Shown here in pieces: positions 48,304 to 58,880 of a DNA stretch of 64,000 bases. The number at the start of each line of letters is the position of its first letter. Position 1 is the first letter of the stretch. This DNA comes from Fimbriimonadia bacterium (lineage in GTDB: Bacteria > Armatimonadota > Fimbriimonadia > Fimbriimonadales > JABRVX01), in the NCBI GenBank assembly GCA_041483895.1, contig JBGPGO010000006.1:32001-96000 (forward strand), written 5' to 3'. The position numbers were made by a program, and so were the translations under genes. Below the pieces are notes generated by a model, which saw nothing but the letters and a program-made list of their open reading frames with translations, did not search any database and had not been told where the DNA came from.

Positions 48304-50052
48304 ATGGTGAGATGGAGGGTGCTCGAGGCGGATGGGGAGGCGGTCCGGAGCTTGGCCGGCGAACTGGGGATGTCGGCGCTCGCCGCGCGGCTGCTTGTCA
48401 ATAGGGGCATCGAGACCCCCGAAGACGCGGAAGGGTTCCTCAACCCCGACCTCGCCAACCTCCACGACCCGCTCCTGCTGCCCGACTGCGACAAGGCGGT
48501 AAAGGAGCTGGCCGGGGCCATGGAGCGCAAGGAGACCATATTTATCCATGGCGACTACGACGTGGACGGTGTAACCAGCGCCACTCTCTGGACGCGGTGC
48601 CTGCGGCGGCTGGGCGCAACGGTCGAGGTTCACGTCCCCCATCGCCAGAAGGACGGGTACGGCTTCCATGAGAGCGCGGTGGAGAAGGCGAAGGAGGTGG
48701 GCGCGTCCCTGGTCCTGACCTGCGACTGTGGGATCAACGCCAACGTGGTGGTGGACAGCGCGCGAGAGCAGGGCCTGCGGGTTATCGTCACCGACCATCA
48801 TGAGCCGGGCGCGGAGCTTCCCAATGCCGAGGCAGTCGTCAATCCCATGCGGCGGGACAGCCGATACCCGTTCCCGTTCTTGGCGGGCGTCGGTGTCAGC
48901 TTCAAAGTGGCCTCGGCGCTGGTCACAGAGCTTGGCCACGATGTCAATGCCTTCTACCGGGCCTTTCTTGACCTCGCCGCGCTGGGGACGGTGTGCGACA
49001 TCGTTCCGCTCCTCGGCGAGAACCGAATCCTCGTGCGGCACGGCCTGCCGAAAATTGTGGAAAGCCGCAAGGTTGGGATTCAGGCGTTGCTGCGGGTGGC
49101 CAACACCAACAAGTCCGCCGCGGAGTACACGGCGCGGGACGCCGGGTTTGGCATCGGGCCGCGAATCAACGCCGCGGGGCGGATGGACGACGCACACGAC
49201 GCCCTCACCCTGCTGTTGACGGAGGACAAGCGGGAGGCTTTTCAGCTTGCCGGAAAGTTGGACCGGCAGAACTACGATCGGCAGCGCGAGCAAAACCGGA
49301 TCTTCGAGGAAGCGCAGGCTTTGGTCCTCGCGGACGGCTCGCTGGACGGGAAGCTGCTGCTCGTCGCCGGAGAGGGATGGAACGCCGGCGTCGTAGGAAT
49401 CGTTGCAAGCAAGTTAGTGGATCGATTTTGGAGACCGGCATTGGTTGGCAACAGAGAAAACGAATTAATACGGGGTTCGGCCCGGAGCACCGACGCATTC
49501 AATATGTTTGAGGCGCTGGATTCGCACCGGGACCTGTTCCTGAGCTGCGGCGGACATTCGCACGCGGCCGGCTTCAGCTTTGAGGCCGACCGCCTGGACG
49601 AGGTCCGCGCGGCCCTTTGCGCCTATGCCGACGAGCGGCTGACCGACGACGATCTGATCCCCGAATCCGTGGCGGACGCCGAAGTATATCCGCACGAAAT
49701 TACCGCCAAATTTGTGGACGAGCTTGAACGATTCGCCCCGTTCGGCACTGCCAATCCCGAGCCGCTCCTGCTTGGCCGCCGCGTCACGATTCTCAGCGTC
49801 GAGCCGACGCGAAATCCTGCCCACCCCCGCGTCACGCTTCGCGGGGATGCGACCGATCCGATCACCGGCATGGCGTTCGGACTGGGCGAGCTGATGGCGG
49901 AATTCCCCAACGGTTCCGAAGTTGACATGCTGTTCCAGCCCACCTATGACACATGGAAGGGCCAGCGCAATCTTCGATGGTTTGTCCGAGACGTGCGCGC
50001 GATGGCGGACGCCTCCCCGATCGAAGAGGAGTACGCAACCAGCGATGGCTGA
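48304..50052 (+). CDS. recJ: ssDNA exonuclease RecJ
   Basis: GDYDVDG, TDHH, GPRINAAGR, GSARS, GGHSHAAG. Confidence 0.96.
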   Translation: MVRWRVLEADGEAVRSLAGELGMSALAARLLVNRGIETPEDAEGFLNPDLANLHDPLLLPDCDKAVKELAGAMERKETIFIHGDYDVDGVTSATLWTRCLRRLGATVEVHVPHRQKDGYGFHESAVEKAKEVGASLVLTCDCGINANVVVDSAREQGLRVIVTDHHEPGAELPNAEAVVNPMRRDSRYPFPFLAGVGVSFKVASALVTELGHDVNAFYRAFLDLAALGTVCDIVPLLGENRILVRHGLPKIVESRKVGIQALLRVANTNKSAAEYTARDAGFGIGPRINAAGRMDDAHDALTLLLTEDKREAFQLAGKLDRQNYDRQREQNRIFEEAQALVLADGSLDGKLLLVAGEGWNAGVVGIVASKLVDRFWRPALVGNRENELIRGSARSTDAFNMFEALDSHRDLFLSCGGHSHAAGFSFEADRLDEVRAALCAYADERLTDDDLIPESVADAEVYPHEITAKFVDELERFAPFGTANPEPLLLGRRVTILSVEPTRNPAHPRVTLRGDATDPITGMAFGLGELMAEFPNGSEVDMLFQPTYDTWKGQRNLRWFVRDVRAMADASPIEEEYATSDG

Positions 50053-52276
50053 TGTCCTTGCGATTGACGAGCTGATTCAGCCCGAATGGGAGGACCCGGA
50101 AGCGCTCCAACGCCTGCTGGAAACGGTCGCGCTGCATCATCACGACGCCAAGCCGCAACTCATCCGAAACGCCTACTATTTTGCCGAGCGGGCGCACGAG
50201 GGCCAGAAGCGCGACAGCGGCGAGCCGTACATCACGCATCCCCTTGCCGTCGCGCAGATCCTTGCCGATCTGCAGCTCGATCCGGAGACGGTTGTCGCAG
50301 GGCTGCTGCACGATACGCTGGAGGACTGCGCACACTTTGCGACACCGGAACGGTTGGAGCGGTTCTTCGGGCAAACGGTTCTCAAGCTGGTGGAAGGCGT
50401 CACCAAATTGCGGTTTCCATATCGCACCGAACCGGATACTTTTGCCGCGAAAAAGCAGGAGCAGATCCGGCGAGCCGCGGAGAGTTTGCGCAAGGTGTTG
50501 CTGGCGATGGCGGCGGACCTGCGCGTCATGGTGATCAAGCTGGCGGACCGGATGCACAACATGCGCACGATCGATGCGCTGACTCAGGAGAAAAAGGAAC
50601 GGATCGCCAACGAGACGATGCATGTGTATGCGCCGCTCGCCGCACGACTTGGCATTTGGCAGCTCAAATGGCAGCTCGAGGACCTGGCATTTCGGGCGCT
50701 CGATCCGGAGGGATTCGATCAGGTCGCGAAAGCGTTGGACAAAACCCGCGCGGTGCGAGAACAAGAACTGACCGAGGCGAAGGTTGCGCTGAAAGAGCGG
50801 CTGGAAAAGGCCGGCATCGAGTCGGAGATCATGGGGCGGCCGAAGCACATCTACAGCATACACAACAAGCTGGACAAGCAGAAGCTGAGCATCGATCAGA
50901 TTTACGATTTGCTGGGGCTGCGCGTGGTAACGATGACAGAGGCGGACTGCTATCACGCGCTCGGCATCATTCACGAACTATGGAAGCCGATCCCCAGCAT
51001 GTTCTACGACTATATCGCCAAGCCCAAGCCCAATCTGTATCAGTCGCTACACACGAAGGTGGTGGGTCCGAACGGCGAACCGCTCGAGGTGCAGATTCGG
51101 ACGCGGGAGATGCACGAATTGGCGGAGTACGGCGTGGCGGCGCACTGGGCCTATAAGGAAGGGACCGACGCGCCGGCAGCGCGACTGCCGCAGCTCCGGC
51201 AACAGCTTTTCGACTGGAGCAGCGACGCGAAAACTTCCAGCGAGTTCTTGCGCAATGTGTCGGAGGACCTGTTCGCCGATCAGGTGTTCGTGTTTACGCC
51301 GAAGGGGGACGTGATCGACTTGCCGGCCGGTTCGACGCCGATCGATTTTGCCTACCGCATTCACACACGGCTCGGTGAGACGTTGGTCGGAGCGAAGGTT
51401 AATGCGCGAATCGTCCCGATCAACTATGAATTGAAAAACGGCGACATCTGCGAAGTGCAGACGCGGCCTTCGGCAAGACCAAGTCTCGACTGGCTGCAAT
51501 ACATCAAGACCTCGCAGGCGCGCAACAAGATTCGCGGCTATCTGCGAAAGCTGAACCGCGAGGAAAACGCTATCCGCGGGAGGGAGGCGCTCGAAAAGCA
51601 TATCAAATCTATGGGACGGGACCCGCGAGAATTTCTCGGCGAGGATCACCTGAATCAGATCGCCGATAAATTCAAGGTCGCGAACGCGGAAGACCTGCTG
51701 GCGGCCGTCGGTGAAGGTCTGATCACCGCGAATGCAGTTATCACACGCTTGCGATCCCTTCTGCCACAGGAGGAACAGGCCAAGACGCCGACGATTGGAC
51801 GCATCGCGCAGGAACAGCAGATGCGGATCGCGCCGGACGGCATCGACAGCGTGATGACAAAGCGGGCCCGCTGCTGCGCGCCGATCCCCGGCGATGAGGT
51901 TGTCGGGTTCGTTACTCGCGGCCGCGGAATGATGATCCACCGCGCCGATTGCACGAACGTTTTGGGAATGGGTGACGACGATGTGCAGCGATTAATTCCC
52001 GTCGATTGGGAAGGCGACGAGGGACATGTGTACGGAGTGACACTGCAGATGGATGTAATGAACCGAATCGGTCTGTTGGCCGACGTGACGCACATATTTG
52101 GCGAGGCAAAGACCAATATCACGGCGGCGCGCATCCAGACCAAATCGAACCAGACGGCATACATCGAGATTCAATTGGAAGTGCGGGACACCAAACACCT
52201 GCGCGACCTGATGAATCGCATTCTCAATTTTGGCGATGTGATCGCCATTCGACGCGTCATGGGCCGCAAGGTCTAA
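50045..52276 (+). CDS. relA: Bifunctional (p)ppGpp synthetase/hydrolase
   Basis: RDSGEPYITHP, LHDTLED, GRPKH, YQSLHT, EVQIRT, TGS and ACT domains; start ATG 50045. Confidence 0.96.
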   Translation: MADVLAIDELIQPEWEDPEALQRLLETVALHHHDAKPQLIRNAYYFAERAHEGQKRDSGEPYITHPLAVAQILADLQLDPETVVAGLLHDTLEDCAHFATPERLERFFGQTVLKLVEGVTKLRFPYRTEPDTFAAKKQEQIRRAAESLRKVLLAMAADLRVMVIKLADRMHNMRTIDALTQEKKERIANETMHVYAPLAARLGIWQLKWQLEDLAFRALDPEGFDQVAKALDKTRAVREQELTEAKVALKERLEKAGIESEIMGRPKHIYSIHNKLDKQKLSIDQIYDLLGLRVVTMTEADCYHALGIIHELWKPIPSMFYDYIAKPKPNLYQSLHTKVVGPNGEPLEVQIRTREMHELAEYGVAAHWAYKEGTDAPAARLPQLRQQLFDWSSDAKTSSEFLRNVSEDLFADQVFVFTPKGDVIDLPAGSTPIDFAYRIHTRLGETLVGAKVNARIVPINYELKNGDICEVQTRPSARPSLDWLQYIKTSQARNKIRGYLRKLNREENAIRGREALEKHIKSMGRDPREFLGEDHLNQIADKFKVANAEDLLAAVGEGLITANAVITRLRSLLPQEEQAKTPTIGRIAQEQQMRIAPDGIDSVMTKRARCCAPIPGDEVVGFVTRGRGMMIHRADCTNVLGMGDDDVQRLIPVDWEGDEGHVYGVTLQMDVMNRIGLLADVTHIFGEAKTNITAARIQTKSNQTAYIEIQLEVRDTKHLRDLMNRILNFGDVIAIRRVMGRKV

Positions 52277-52716
52277 TGAGGGCCGTCGTCCAGCGGGTCA
52301 GGTCGGCGACGGTTTCTGTCGATGGGGAAACCTTCGCGAACATCGGCAAAGGCCTCGTAGTTCTTCTAGGAATACGCGTTGGCGATGCCGGAAAAGATAG
52401 CGAATGGATGGCGTCCAAGCTTACGAATTTACGGATTTTTGACGATAGTGATGGTAAGTTAAATATGTCCGTGCTCGATGCGGGGGGCGAGATGCTGATG
52501 GTCTCCAACTTCACGGTCTATGGTGACGCGAGCAAGGGCCGGCGGCCGAGTTTTGTAGAGTCGGCGTCGTATGAAGATGGCAGGACCCTATTTGAGGACT
52601 GTTGCAACCGCGTCGCCTCCTTGGGCGTCCCTGTTAGCACAGGGGTTTACGGAGCGGCGATGGCGGTTTCTTTGACCAACGACGGTCCGGTAACGATACT
52701 GATTGAGACACCATGA
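52276..52716 (+). CDS. dtd: D-aminoacyl-tRNA deacylase
   Basis: MRAVVQRV, SNFT, GRRPSF, NDGPVT; TAATG overlap with rel. Confidence 0.95.
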   Translation: MRAVVQRVRSATVSVDGETFANIGKGLVVLLGIRVGDAGKDSEWMASKLTNLRIFDDSDGKLNMSVLDAGGEMLMVSNFTVYGDASKGRRPSFVESASYEDGRTLFEDCCNRVASLGVPVSTGVYGAAMAVSLTNDGPVTILIETP

Positions 52717-53549
52717 TGGAAGAAAGTCAGAGGCAGACAAACCTGGAGCATATCGAGGAGGATATCAACCCTCGAACGCTCGGAGACAAGTCCCTTGAGG
52801 GCGGCGATTATGATGCCGCCATCAAGTACTATCGCAATGCCGTGCGCCAAGACGGTTCTGACCCTGCCCACAGAATGGCGCTTGCCGATACGCTGTCCCT
52901 TTCCGAGAGAGGGCCGCAGGCGGTCAATCAGTATCGAAAAGCCCTGAAGGTGAAGCCCAACCAGGCCGAGCCGCATGTGGGACTGGCGGAAATCTACAAG
53001 CGGTATGGGAAGTGGCGCGCGGCGATCATCCGGTTTCGCAAGGCGCTGGAATTTCAGCCGAAGAATGGGTTTGTTTGGTACAAATTGGCCGACGCCCTGC
53101 TGGTGTCGGACAATCCCGACGAGGCTCTGGATGCGGGACGAAAGGCCGCGGGGGTCTGTCCGGACGACGCCTTCTATCACTATTGGGTCGGAGATCTTTT
53201 GGTGAAGTTGGGCCGATGCGAGGAGGCGGTGGAGCCGTTGCGGGCCGCCGTGGATATCGAGTCGGAGGACGCCGGTCTGCATGCGCGGCTCAGCATCGCG
53301 CTCGCGGGGAGCGGCCTTTGGCGCAAGGCGGCGGCGAGCATGGCGCGGGCGGTGCAGCTCAAGCCCGAGGACGTTGTTTATATCACTTTGCTTGGTGATC
53401 TGTATTTGAAGACCAGACGTCCTGCGCTGGCTGCGGAGGCCTACAACGCGGCGGGGGAGCTGGATCGGTATGCGGAGGATATCATCTATCGGTGCCGCAA
53501 TGAGATGGCCGCCCGCGCTGCCTCACCCAGAGGACCTGTTGAGACATGA
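52713..53549 (+). CDS. Tetratricopeptide repeat protein
   Basis: Multiple TPR units (A...YRKAL..P..A..H..LA). Confidence 0.85.
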   Translation: MMEESQRQTNLEHIEEDINPRTLGDKSLEGGDYDAAIKYYRNAVRQDGSDPAHRMALADTLSLSERGPQAVNQYRKALKVKPNQAEPHVGLAEIYKRYGKWRAAIIRFRKALEFQPKNGFVWYKLADALLVSDNPDEALDAGRKAAGVCPDDAFYHYWVGDLLVKLGRCEEAVEPLRAAVDIESEDAGLHARLSIALAGSGLWRKAAASMARAVQLKPEDVVYITLLGDLYLKTRRPALAAEAYNAAGELDRYAEDIIYRCRNEMAARAASPRGPVET

Positions 53550-53550
53550 G

Positions 53551-55500
53551 GTGACAGGTGCGGCAATAGCGGCTTGCCTTTCCGTTTTGGCGACGGCGGC
53601 ATATTCTGGAAGTGCGGACGTGGATGCTCGCCTCGACACTCCAGTTTCCAACTTCAGCTTCACCGGTAATCTCGAGGACGCGGTACAAGTGCTCGGCAAG
53701 CAAGGAAATGTGGCGCTCAAGACAGCCAAGGACACTCGCGATCTGCTGCTCTTTGTGCACGTCGATAACCAGCCTTTGCGACAGGTGATGTCTCAGATCG
53801 CTTCCGCGTTGGGGGTGGAGTGGCGCGAGGAGCAGCAACTCACAGACCCATTGCCTCGATATGTCGCACGGCTCTCCGATAGCGCGGCGGCACAGCGCGC
53901 GAAGATACGCAAAGCGAAGATGGCGCAGCTCAAGTTCGCGAAAGCTTGGGCTAAGGGCTATCAGGACCTCCTAGATCTTCCCGAAAACGACAGGAACGCT
54001 GCGGCACAGGAAGGTCTCAGCCAGATGCGCGATCAGATCGCTCACCACGAGACGGAGCAAAACGACGTTTCGGTGCGTTCTCAAAATTGCCTTGAACTCA
54101 CAGACCCAGCGCTCCCGATCGTCGTCGGAATCATCGGTTCGTGGAGCGATAAGGAGTGGTCCCGGCTCGTCGACGACGGATATCTTGTCTACTGCTCTTC
54201 ACCGAAGCCTGCCCAGACTCGCCTCCCTAACGATTCGCTGGCGCTCGCGCTTTCATGGTTGCCCGCAATCGATGCGCAGCACAATCAGTTAGAGGATACC
54301 GATACCAAACTTTGGAGCACACGGGGAGAAGTGACGTTGAAGCTCAAGACTGGCTTCATCTCCTCAGCGACAATGAATGCGACTGGTATCGAGCCAAAAA
54401 CCTGCATCTACAAGGCGAGATTCTATTATGATTCGAAGTCGTTAGAGGCATCTTTTGAAGCGCTGAATCAGCAGCGGGACACAATTGCCGAGTCACGAAC
54501 ATGGCGCATCTCTCTCACTGACACCGGCGGCCCAGACGATGGAGCGAATGCCTGTTCCGCAAACCCATTGTTTGACCGGAAACTCGCTATTCCGGATGAA
54601 GTTGTGCGAGTTGGGCAAAGGTCGGGCTTTTGCGAGCAATATCAGAAGTGGTTGCACGAGCCTGCTAAACATGATTTTGTTGATCCGCTGGCCGTGTTTG
54701 CCGGCCCGGTCCTGCGGGATGTTTCGCACAGTCTCGGAATGCCGGCAGTCGTTGCCCTAACAGACGAGCAAGCTCTTGGCAATGTCTCAACCAACGAAGA
54801 GATCAGGCAATGCTTGTCATCGATTGCCAAGAAGATCCTCTCGTTTGACATAACCGACGGCTGGTTGATCGGACGCGTCAGATCTTCAATTCGAGCGCAG
54901 ACTGCGCTGGATAACAACTGTTCGCGTCCTCCGCTTCGCAAGATGTATCGCCTCGCCTCCTCCTCAGCGCATCCAGACATAGCTTCCCTGGCCGAGTTCG
55001 TATGCGAACTATCCGATGGGCAAGTCCGCACGGCGAGATTGCCATTGGAGGCTTTCTTTCCAAAATGCCAGTTTGACTGGGACGCGCGGGCTGTGGCGAC
55101 GCTGCGTCTTTTCGGTTCGCTGAATACCCCTCATCGCGAGATACTGAGAAATGGCGCGACGTTGCGAGGCCTGATGCTCAACGCGAGCGAAACGGGAGCT
55201 CTCGTCAAGTATCTAGCCAGTCGAACTGCCGATGTCTTCACTCCTCTTTGGCACACGGCCTGGACGCGCTTCGATTGTACTGAGGTTTCGTCTGACGTAC
55301 TGCCACGGATCACGGTTCAGATGAAGTTCCTCGACGAAAGGCTTTGTGCTGATTGGTTGTCCGAGAGCCGGGATCGTCCAACACCACTTGCCGAGTGCCT
55401 CGTGCCAGCCGACGCCTACTGGGTATCTCTGCTCTCGGTCACATTCGACCAGCAGATTCTGCGAGCCAGCTCTTCGTACTTACAGAGGTCGAGACCGTAG
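53551..55500 (+). CDS. Large secreted hypothetical protein (STN-like N-terminus)
   Basis: Signal-like AAIAACLSVLATAAYS, then DARLDTPVS...PLRQVMSQIASALGVEW; start uncertain (GTG 53551). Confidence 0.6.
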   Translation: MTGAAIAACLSVLATAAYSGSADVDARLDTPVSNFSFTGNLEDAVQVLGKQGNVALKTAKDTRDLLLFVHVDNQPLRQVMSQIASALGVEWREEQQLTDPLPRYVARLSDSAAAQRAKIRKAKMAQLKFAKAWAKGYQDLLDLPENDRNAAAQEGLSQMRDQIAHHETEQNDVSVRSQNCLELTDPALPIVVGIIGSWSDKEWSRLVDDGYLVYCSSPKPAQTRLPNDSLALALSWLPAIDAQHNQLEDTDTKLWSTRGEVTLKLKTGFISSATMNATGIEPKTCIYKARFYYDSKSLEASFEALNQQRDTIAESRTWRISLTDTGGPDDGANACSANPLFDRKLAIPDEVVRVGQRSGFCEQYQKWLHEPAKHDFVDPLAVFAGPVLRDVSHSLGMPAVVALTDEQALGNVSTNEEIRQCLSSIAKKILSFDITDGWLIGRVRSSIRAQTALDNNCSRPPLRKMYRLASSSAHPDIASLAEFVCELSDGQVRTARLPLEAFFPKCQFDWDARAVATLRLFGSLNTPHREILRNGATLRGLMLNASETGALVKYLASRTADVFTPLWHTAWTRFDCTEVSSDVLPRITVQMKFLDERLCADWLSESRDRPTPLAECLVPADAYWVSLLSVTFDQQILRASSSYLQRSRP

Positions 55501-55633
55501 GAGCGTCGAGAGTGCCAGCGCCGGTTCATGAACGCCATTTTTTCCATGCCCCACCGATGAAGTCATTCGGGGTTTGAATTTCGGCTGGCGCGAAACCCGT
55601 TGCTTGCATGCCCGCGTCAGAATCGGATTCCTT

Positions 55634-55798
55634 GTAGCCGCAATTCCTCGTTCCAAGGACCTTGCGAATCACAGATTCCAAGAATTGCGTTAACCCGCAG
55701 GAAGTGCCGCGACGGTGGGTCCGCAATGTTTCTGCCCTTGCGCGCGGTTCTTGGGATCGGCATTCCGGAAGGATATCGGAGCGAGGAACCGCGGCTAC
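55634..55798. repeat. Two inverted GTAGCCGC REP-like hairpins
   Basis: GTAGCCGCAATTCCTCGTTC at 55634 (+) and GTAGCCGCGGTTCCTCGCTC ending at 55798 (-). Confidence 0.75.
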
Positions 55799-55803
55799 AA
55801 AAA

Positions 55804-57696
55804 CTATCGCGCCTTCAGAGCAATCAATAGGGCGCTGATGTCGGTGGGGCGGACGCCGGGGACGCGGGAGGCCTGGGCGACATCGATGGGTCGCACGCGC
55901 GACAGCTTCTCCCGGCATTCCAACGACAGCGCGGCGAAGCCGGAGTAGTCGAAATCAGCCGGAATTGTCACCACGCAGAGTTCTTCCTGGCGGCGGACCT
56001 GGCGGTCCTGAAGATCAAGATAGCCCTCGTACTTCGCCATGATCTCCACCTGCTCCGCCACGCGCCGGTCCGGCACTTTCCATGCCTCCCATGCCTCAAC
56101 AGGAGGACCTGTTGAGGCATGGGAAGCCAACTCGCGGAGACGGCCATACGAAATCTCAGGGCGGCGCAGGAAATCGTACAGGCTGACGCGGTTTGAGAGT
56201 GGAGCACATCCGTCGTCGTGCAGCATGGCGTTGTCTTTGCTGGAGAAGTACTGATCCCGCAGAGCCGCAATCTCATCGTCAATCGCCCGCTTTTTCTCAC
56301 TGAAAACCTGCCAACGATGATCGTCGCACAGGCCGATCTCACGGGCGAGCGGAGTCAGGCGCTGGTCGGCATTGTCGTGGCGCAATCGCAGGCGATATTC
56401 GGAGCGAGCGGTCAGCATGCGATACGGGTCCTCCACCCCTTTCGTCACCAGATCGTCCACAAGCACGCCGATAAAACTGTTTGAGCGCGGGAAGTGCACC
56501 GGCTCCCGATTGCGGGCGCGCATCGCGGCGTTGATCCCCGCCACAATCCCCTGCGCCGCCGCCTCCTCATACCCCGAGGTCCCGTTCACCTGTCCCGCCA
56601 GATAAAGGCCTGAGCACAACTTGCTCATCAGCGTCGGGGCAAGCTGCATCGGGTCGGCCATGTCGTATTCGACGGCATACCCTGCCCGCAGCATCTCCAC
56701 ATTCTGCAGACCTGGCAAAGTGTTCAGGAACTCGAGCTGCACATCCGCCGGCAGGCTGGTGGACATCCCCTGAACGTAGAGCGATGGCGAGTCCCATTCC
56801 TCCTGCTCCAAAAAGACCGGGTGGGAGGTCTTGTCGGGAAACTTGACGATCTTGTCCTCGATGCTGGGGCAGTAGCGGGGACCGATGCCTTCGATGCGCC
56901 CGGCGTACATCGCGCTCTTGTGCAGGTTTTCTCTTACGACCTCGTGCGTTGCCTCGTTCGTTGCCGTATTCCAGCAGGGCAGCAAGGGGCGCTTTGGCGC
57001 CAGTCGCGTGTGCAGGAAGGAGAACGGCGGGCAGTCCGGATCGGAGGCCAATTCGCCCAGCTCCGACCAGTTGACGGTTCGGGCATCGACGCGCGGGGTG
57101 GTTCCGGTCTTGAACCGGCGAAGATGGATGCCGAGTTGCGCCAACACCGCCGAGATGCCGGAGACGGCGGGATCGCCGTGGCGGGCGGACTTGGTCTGTT
57201 CCTCGCCGCGATGACACAAGCCGTTGAGGAAGGTGCCGGTGGTGAGGACGACCGCGCGAGCGCGGATTTCCGAGCCGTCCTGGAGGCGGACTCCTTGGAC
57301 CACGCCTGCTTCGACGATCAGGTCCTCGACGATGGCCTTGACGAATGTTAGCCTGGGCTGGTTTTCTAGCGTCTCGCGCATGGCGATGGGATAGTCGTGC
57401 TTGCAGGCGTGGGCGCGGAGGGTGCGGACGCTGGGTCCCTTCCCATCGCCCGCGAGCCGGATGTGGGTCAGGGTCTTGTCGGTGTTGATGCCCATTTGGC
57501 CGCCGAGGGCGTCTATCTCGCGGACCAGGTGGCCTTTGGCGGGGCCGCCGACCGAGCAGTTGCAGGGCATGTGGGCGGTGCGGGCCGGGTCGATGGTGAC
57601 GCAGGCCGTTTGGCAGCCGAGGCGGGCGGCGGCGAGCGCGGCCTCGCATCCGGCGTGGCCGCTTCCGACGACGATGACATCGAACCCGTTGGACAT
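55804..57696 (-). CDS. mnmG: tRNA U34 carboxymethylaminomethyl modification enzyme MnmG
   Basis: [42 protein letters not shown]. Confidence 0.97.
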   Translation of the reverse strand: MSNGFDVIVVGSGHAGCEAALAAARLGCQTACVTIDPARTAHMPCNCSVGGPAKGHLVREIDALGGQMGINTDKTLTHIRLAGDGKGPSVRTLRAHACKHDYPIAMRETLENQPRLTFVKAIVEDLIVEAGVVQGVRLQDGSEIRARAVVLTTGTFLNGLCHRGEEQTKSARHGDPAVSGISAVLAQLGIHLRRFKTGTTPRVDARTVNWSELGELASDPDCPPFSFLHTRLAPKRPLLPCWNTATNEATHEVVRENLHKSAMYAGRIEGIGPRYCPSIEDKIVKFPDKTSHPVFLEQEEWDSPSLYVQGMSTSLPADVQLEFLNTLPGLQNVEMLRAGYAVEYDMADPMQLAPTLMSKLCSGLYLAGQVNGTSGYEEAAAQGIVAGINAAMRARNREPVHFPRSNSFIGVLVDDLVTKGVEDPYRMLTARSEYRLRLRHDNADQRLTPLAREIGLCDDHRWQVFSEKKRAIDDEIAALRDQYFSSKDNAMLHDDGCAPLSNRVSLYDFLRRPEISYGRLRELASHASTGPPVEAWEAWKVPDRRVAEQVEIMAKYEGYLDLQDRQVRRQEELCVVTIPADFDYSGFAALSLECREKLSRVRPIDVAQASRVPGVRPTDISALLIALKAR

Positions 57697-57845
57697 GGGC
57701 GGGATTTTACCTCTTGGGGTGGTTGCTGCTAATCCGCGGGCCTAGGGGATCGGTCGTTGGGAGCAATCGGCTCTCGGACCTGCGGACACTGGGGTGCGTG
57801 ATCGTCCGCAGGGCCGGGGTGGTTGCCATCAGACCGCAGGCATTG

Positions 57846-57963
57846 GTGGTCGGAGATTGAGGCGAATCGGCAAGACGGCCCGCGTCTACAGTGTGGTCGA
57901 TGGACGAACGCGGGCCTTGGTGGTCGGAGATCGAGGCGAATCGGCAAGACGGCCCGCGTCTAC
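57846..57963 (-). repeat. Two tandem GTAGACGCGGGCCGTCTTGCCGATTCGCCTC REP-like units
   Basis: ggtggtcggagat(t/c)gaggcgaatcggcaagacggcccgcgtctac occurs twice. Confidence 0.85.
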
Positions 57964-58066
57964 AGCGTGGTTGCCACTCGGATTCGCGGCCACGGAGGTT
58001 GGTAGTCGGTATACTCACTATCGTGCCGGTGGCGACGTTCTTTGATAGCAAGGGGGTTGGATAGAC

Positions 58067-58612
58067 GTGGAACGCGCATACCTTCTCGACCTAAATGACG
58101 TAATTCAACATCCCGGCCATGTCGCCGAAATCGAGATCAATGCGGCGTCCGTGGAGGACCCCGACGTCGCTCTTAACGGACCAATAACAGGCCTGCTGGA
58201 GGCGCGGCTCGAGGGAAGCGTACTGCACTTGAGCGGGCATTTCGATACGACCGCCGTGCTGGAATGCTCCCGGTGCGGCTCGGACTTCGAATACCCGATT
58301 GAGTTCGATTTGGAGGAGATGTACCCGATCGAGGGCGTTCCGGGGGAGCTGGGCGGATTTGCGCAGGTGAACGACTCGGACGAGCCCTATCCGCTGTTCG
58401 AGGGCAACAAGCTTCGGGTCGAGGAACTATTGCGGCAGCTTCTCATTGTGGAGTTGCCAATGAACGAGGTGTGTTCGGAGGCGTGCAAGGGGCTGTGCGA
58501 GGTGTGCGGCCACAATCTCAATGACGGGCCCTGCGAATGCGTCCACCAATCCGGCCACCCCGCGCTCCAAAATCTGGGTCAAAGGTGGCGGGAAACGGAG
58601 AAAACAAGCTAA
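58067..58612 (+). CDS. yceD: YceD/DUF177 family protein
   Basis: CSRC, C...CKGLCEVCGHNLN..CEC; upstream of rpmF. Confidence 0.9.
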   Translation: MERAYLLDLNDVIQHPGHVAEIEINAASVEDPDVALNGPITGLLEARLEGSVLHLSGHFDTTAVLECSRCGSDFEYPIEFDLEEMYPIEGVPGELGGFAQVNDSDEPYPLFEGNKLRVEELLRQLLIVELPMNEVCSEACKGLCEVCGHNLNDGPCECVHQSGHPALQNLGQRWRETEKTS

Positions 58613-58637
58613 AATCGCCCCCGCAAGGAATTTAATT

Positions 58638-58880
58638 ATGCCGAATCCAAAAAGAAAGCACTCTCACGCGCGGTCCGCGACCCGCCGAACGCATTGGAAA
58701 TTGATCGCACCGACCTTGGTGCCCCATCCCGGACATCGAACCAACCCGAAGTGCCCGGAACTGCTTCCGCCTCACACTGCTTGCCCGGCATGCGGGATCT
58801 ACAACGGCAGGGTGTACTCCGTCAAGGAGATCAGGCACACAGGCAGAACGACTCAAAAAGCCGAACCGGAATCTGAATGA
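58638..58880 (+). CDS. rpmF: 50S ribosomal protein L32
   Basis: MPNPKRKHSHARSATRR...PHTACPACGIYNGR; yceD-rpmF-plsX synteny. Confidence 0.93.
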   Translation: MPNPKRKHSHARSATRRTHWKLIAPTLVPHPGHRTNPKCPELLPPHTACPACGIYNGRVYSVKEIRHTGRTTQKAEPESE

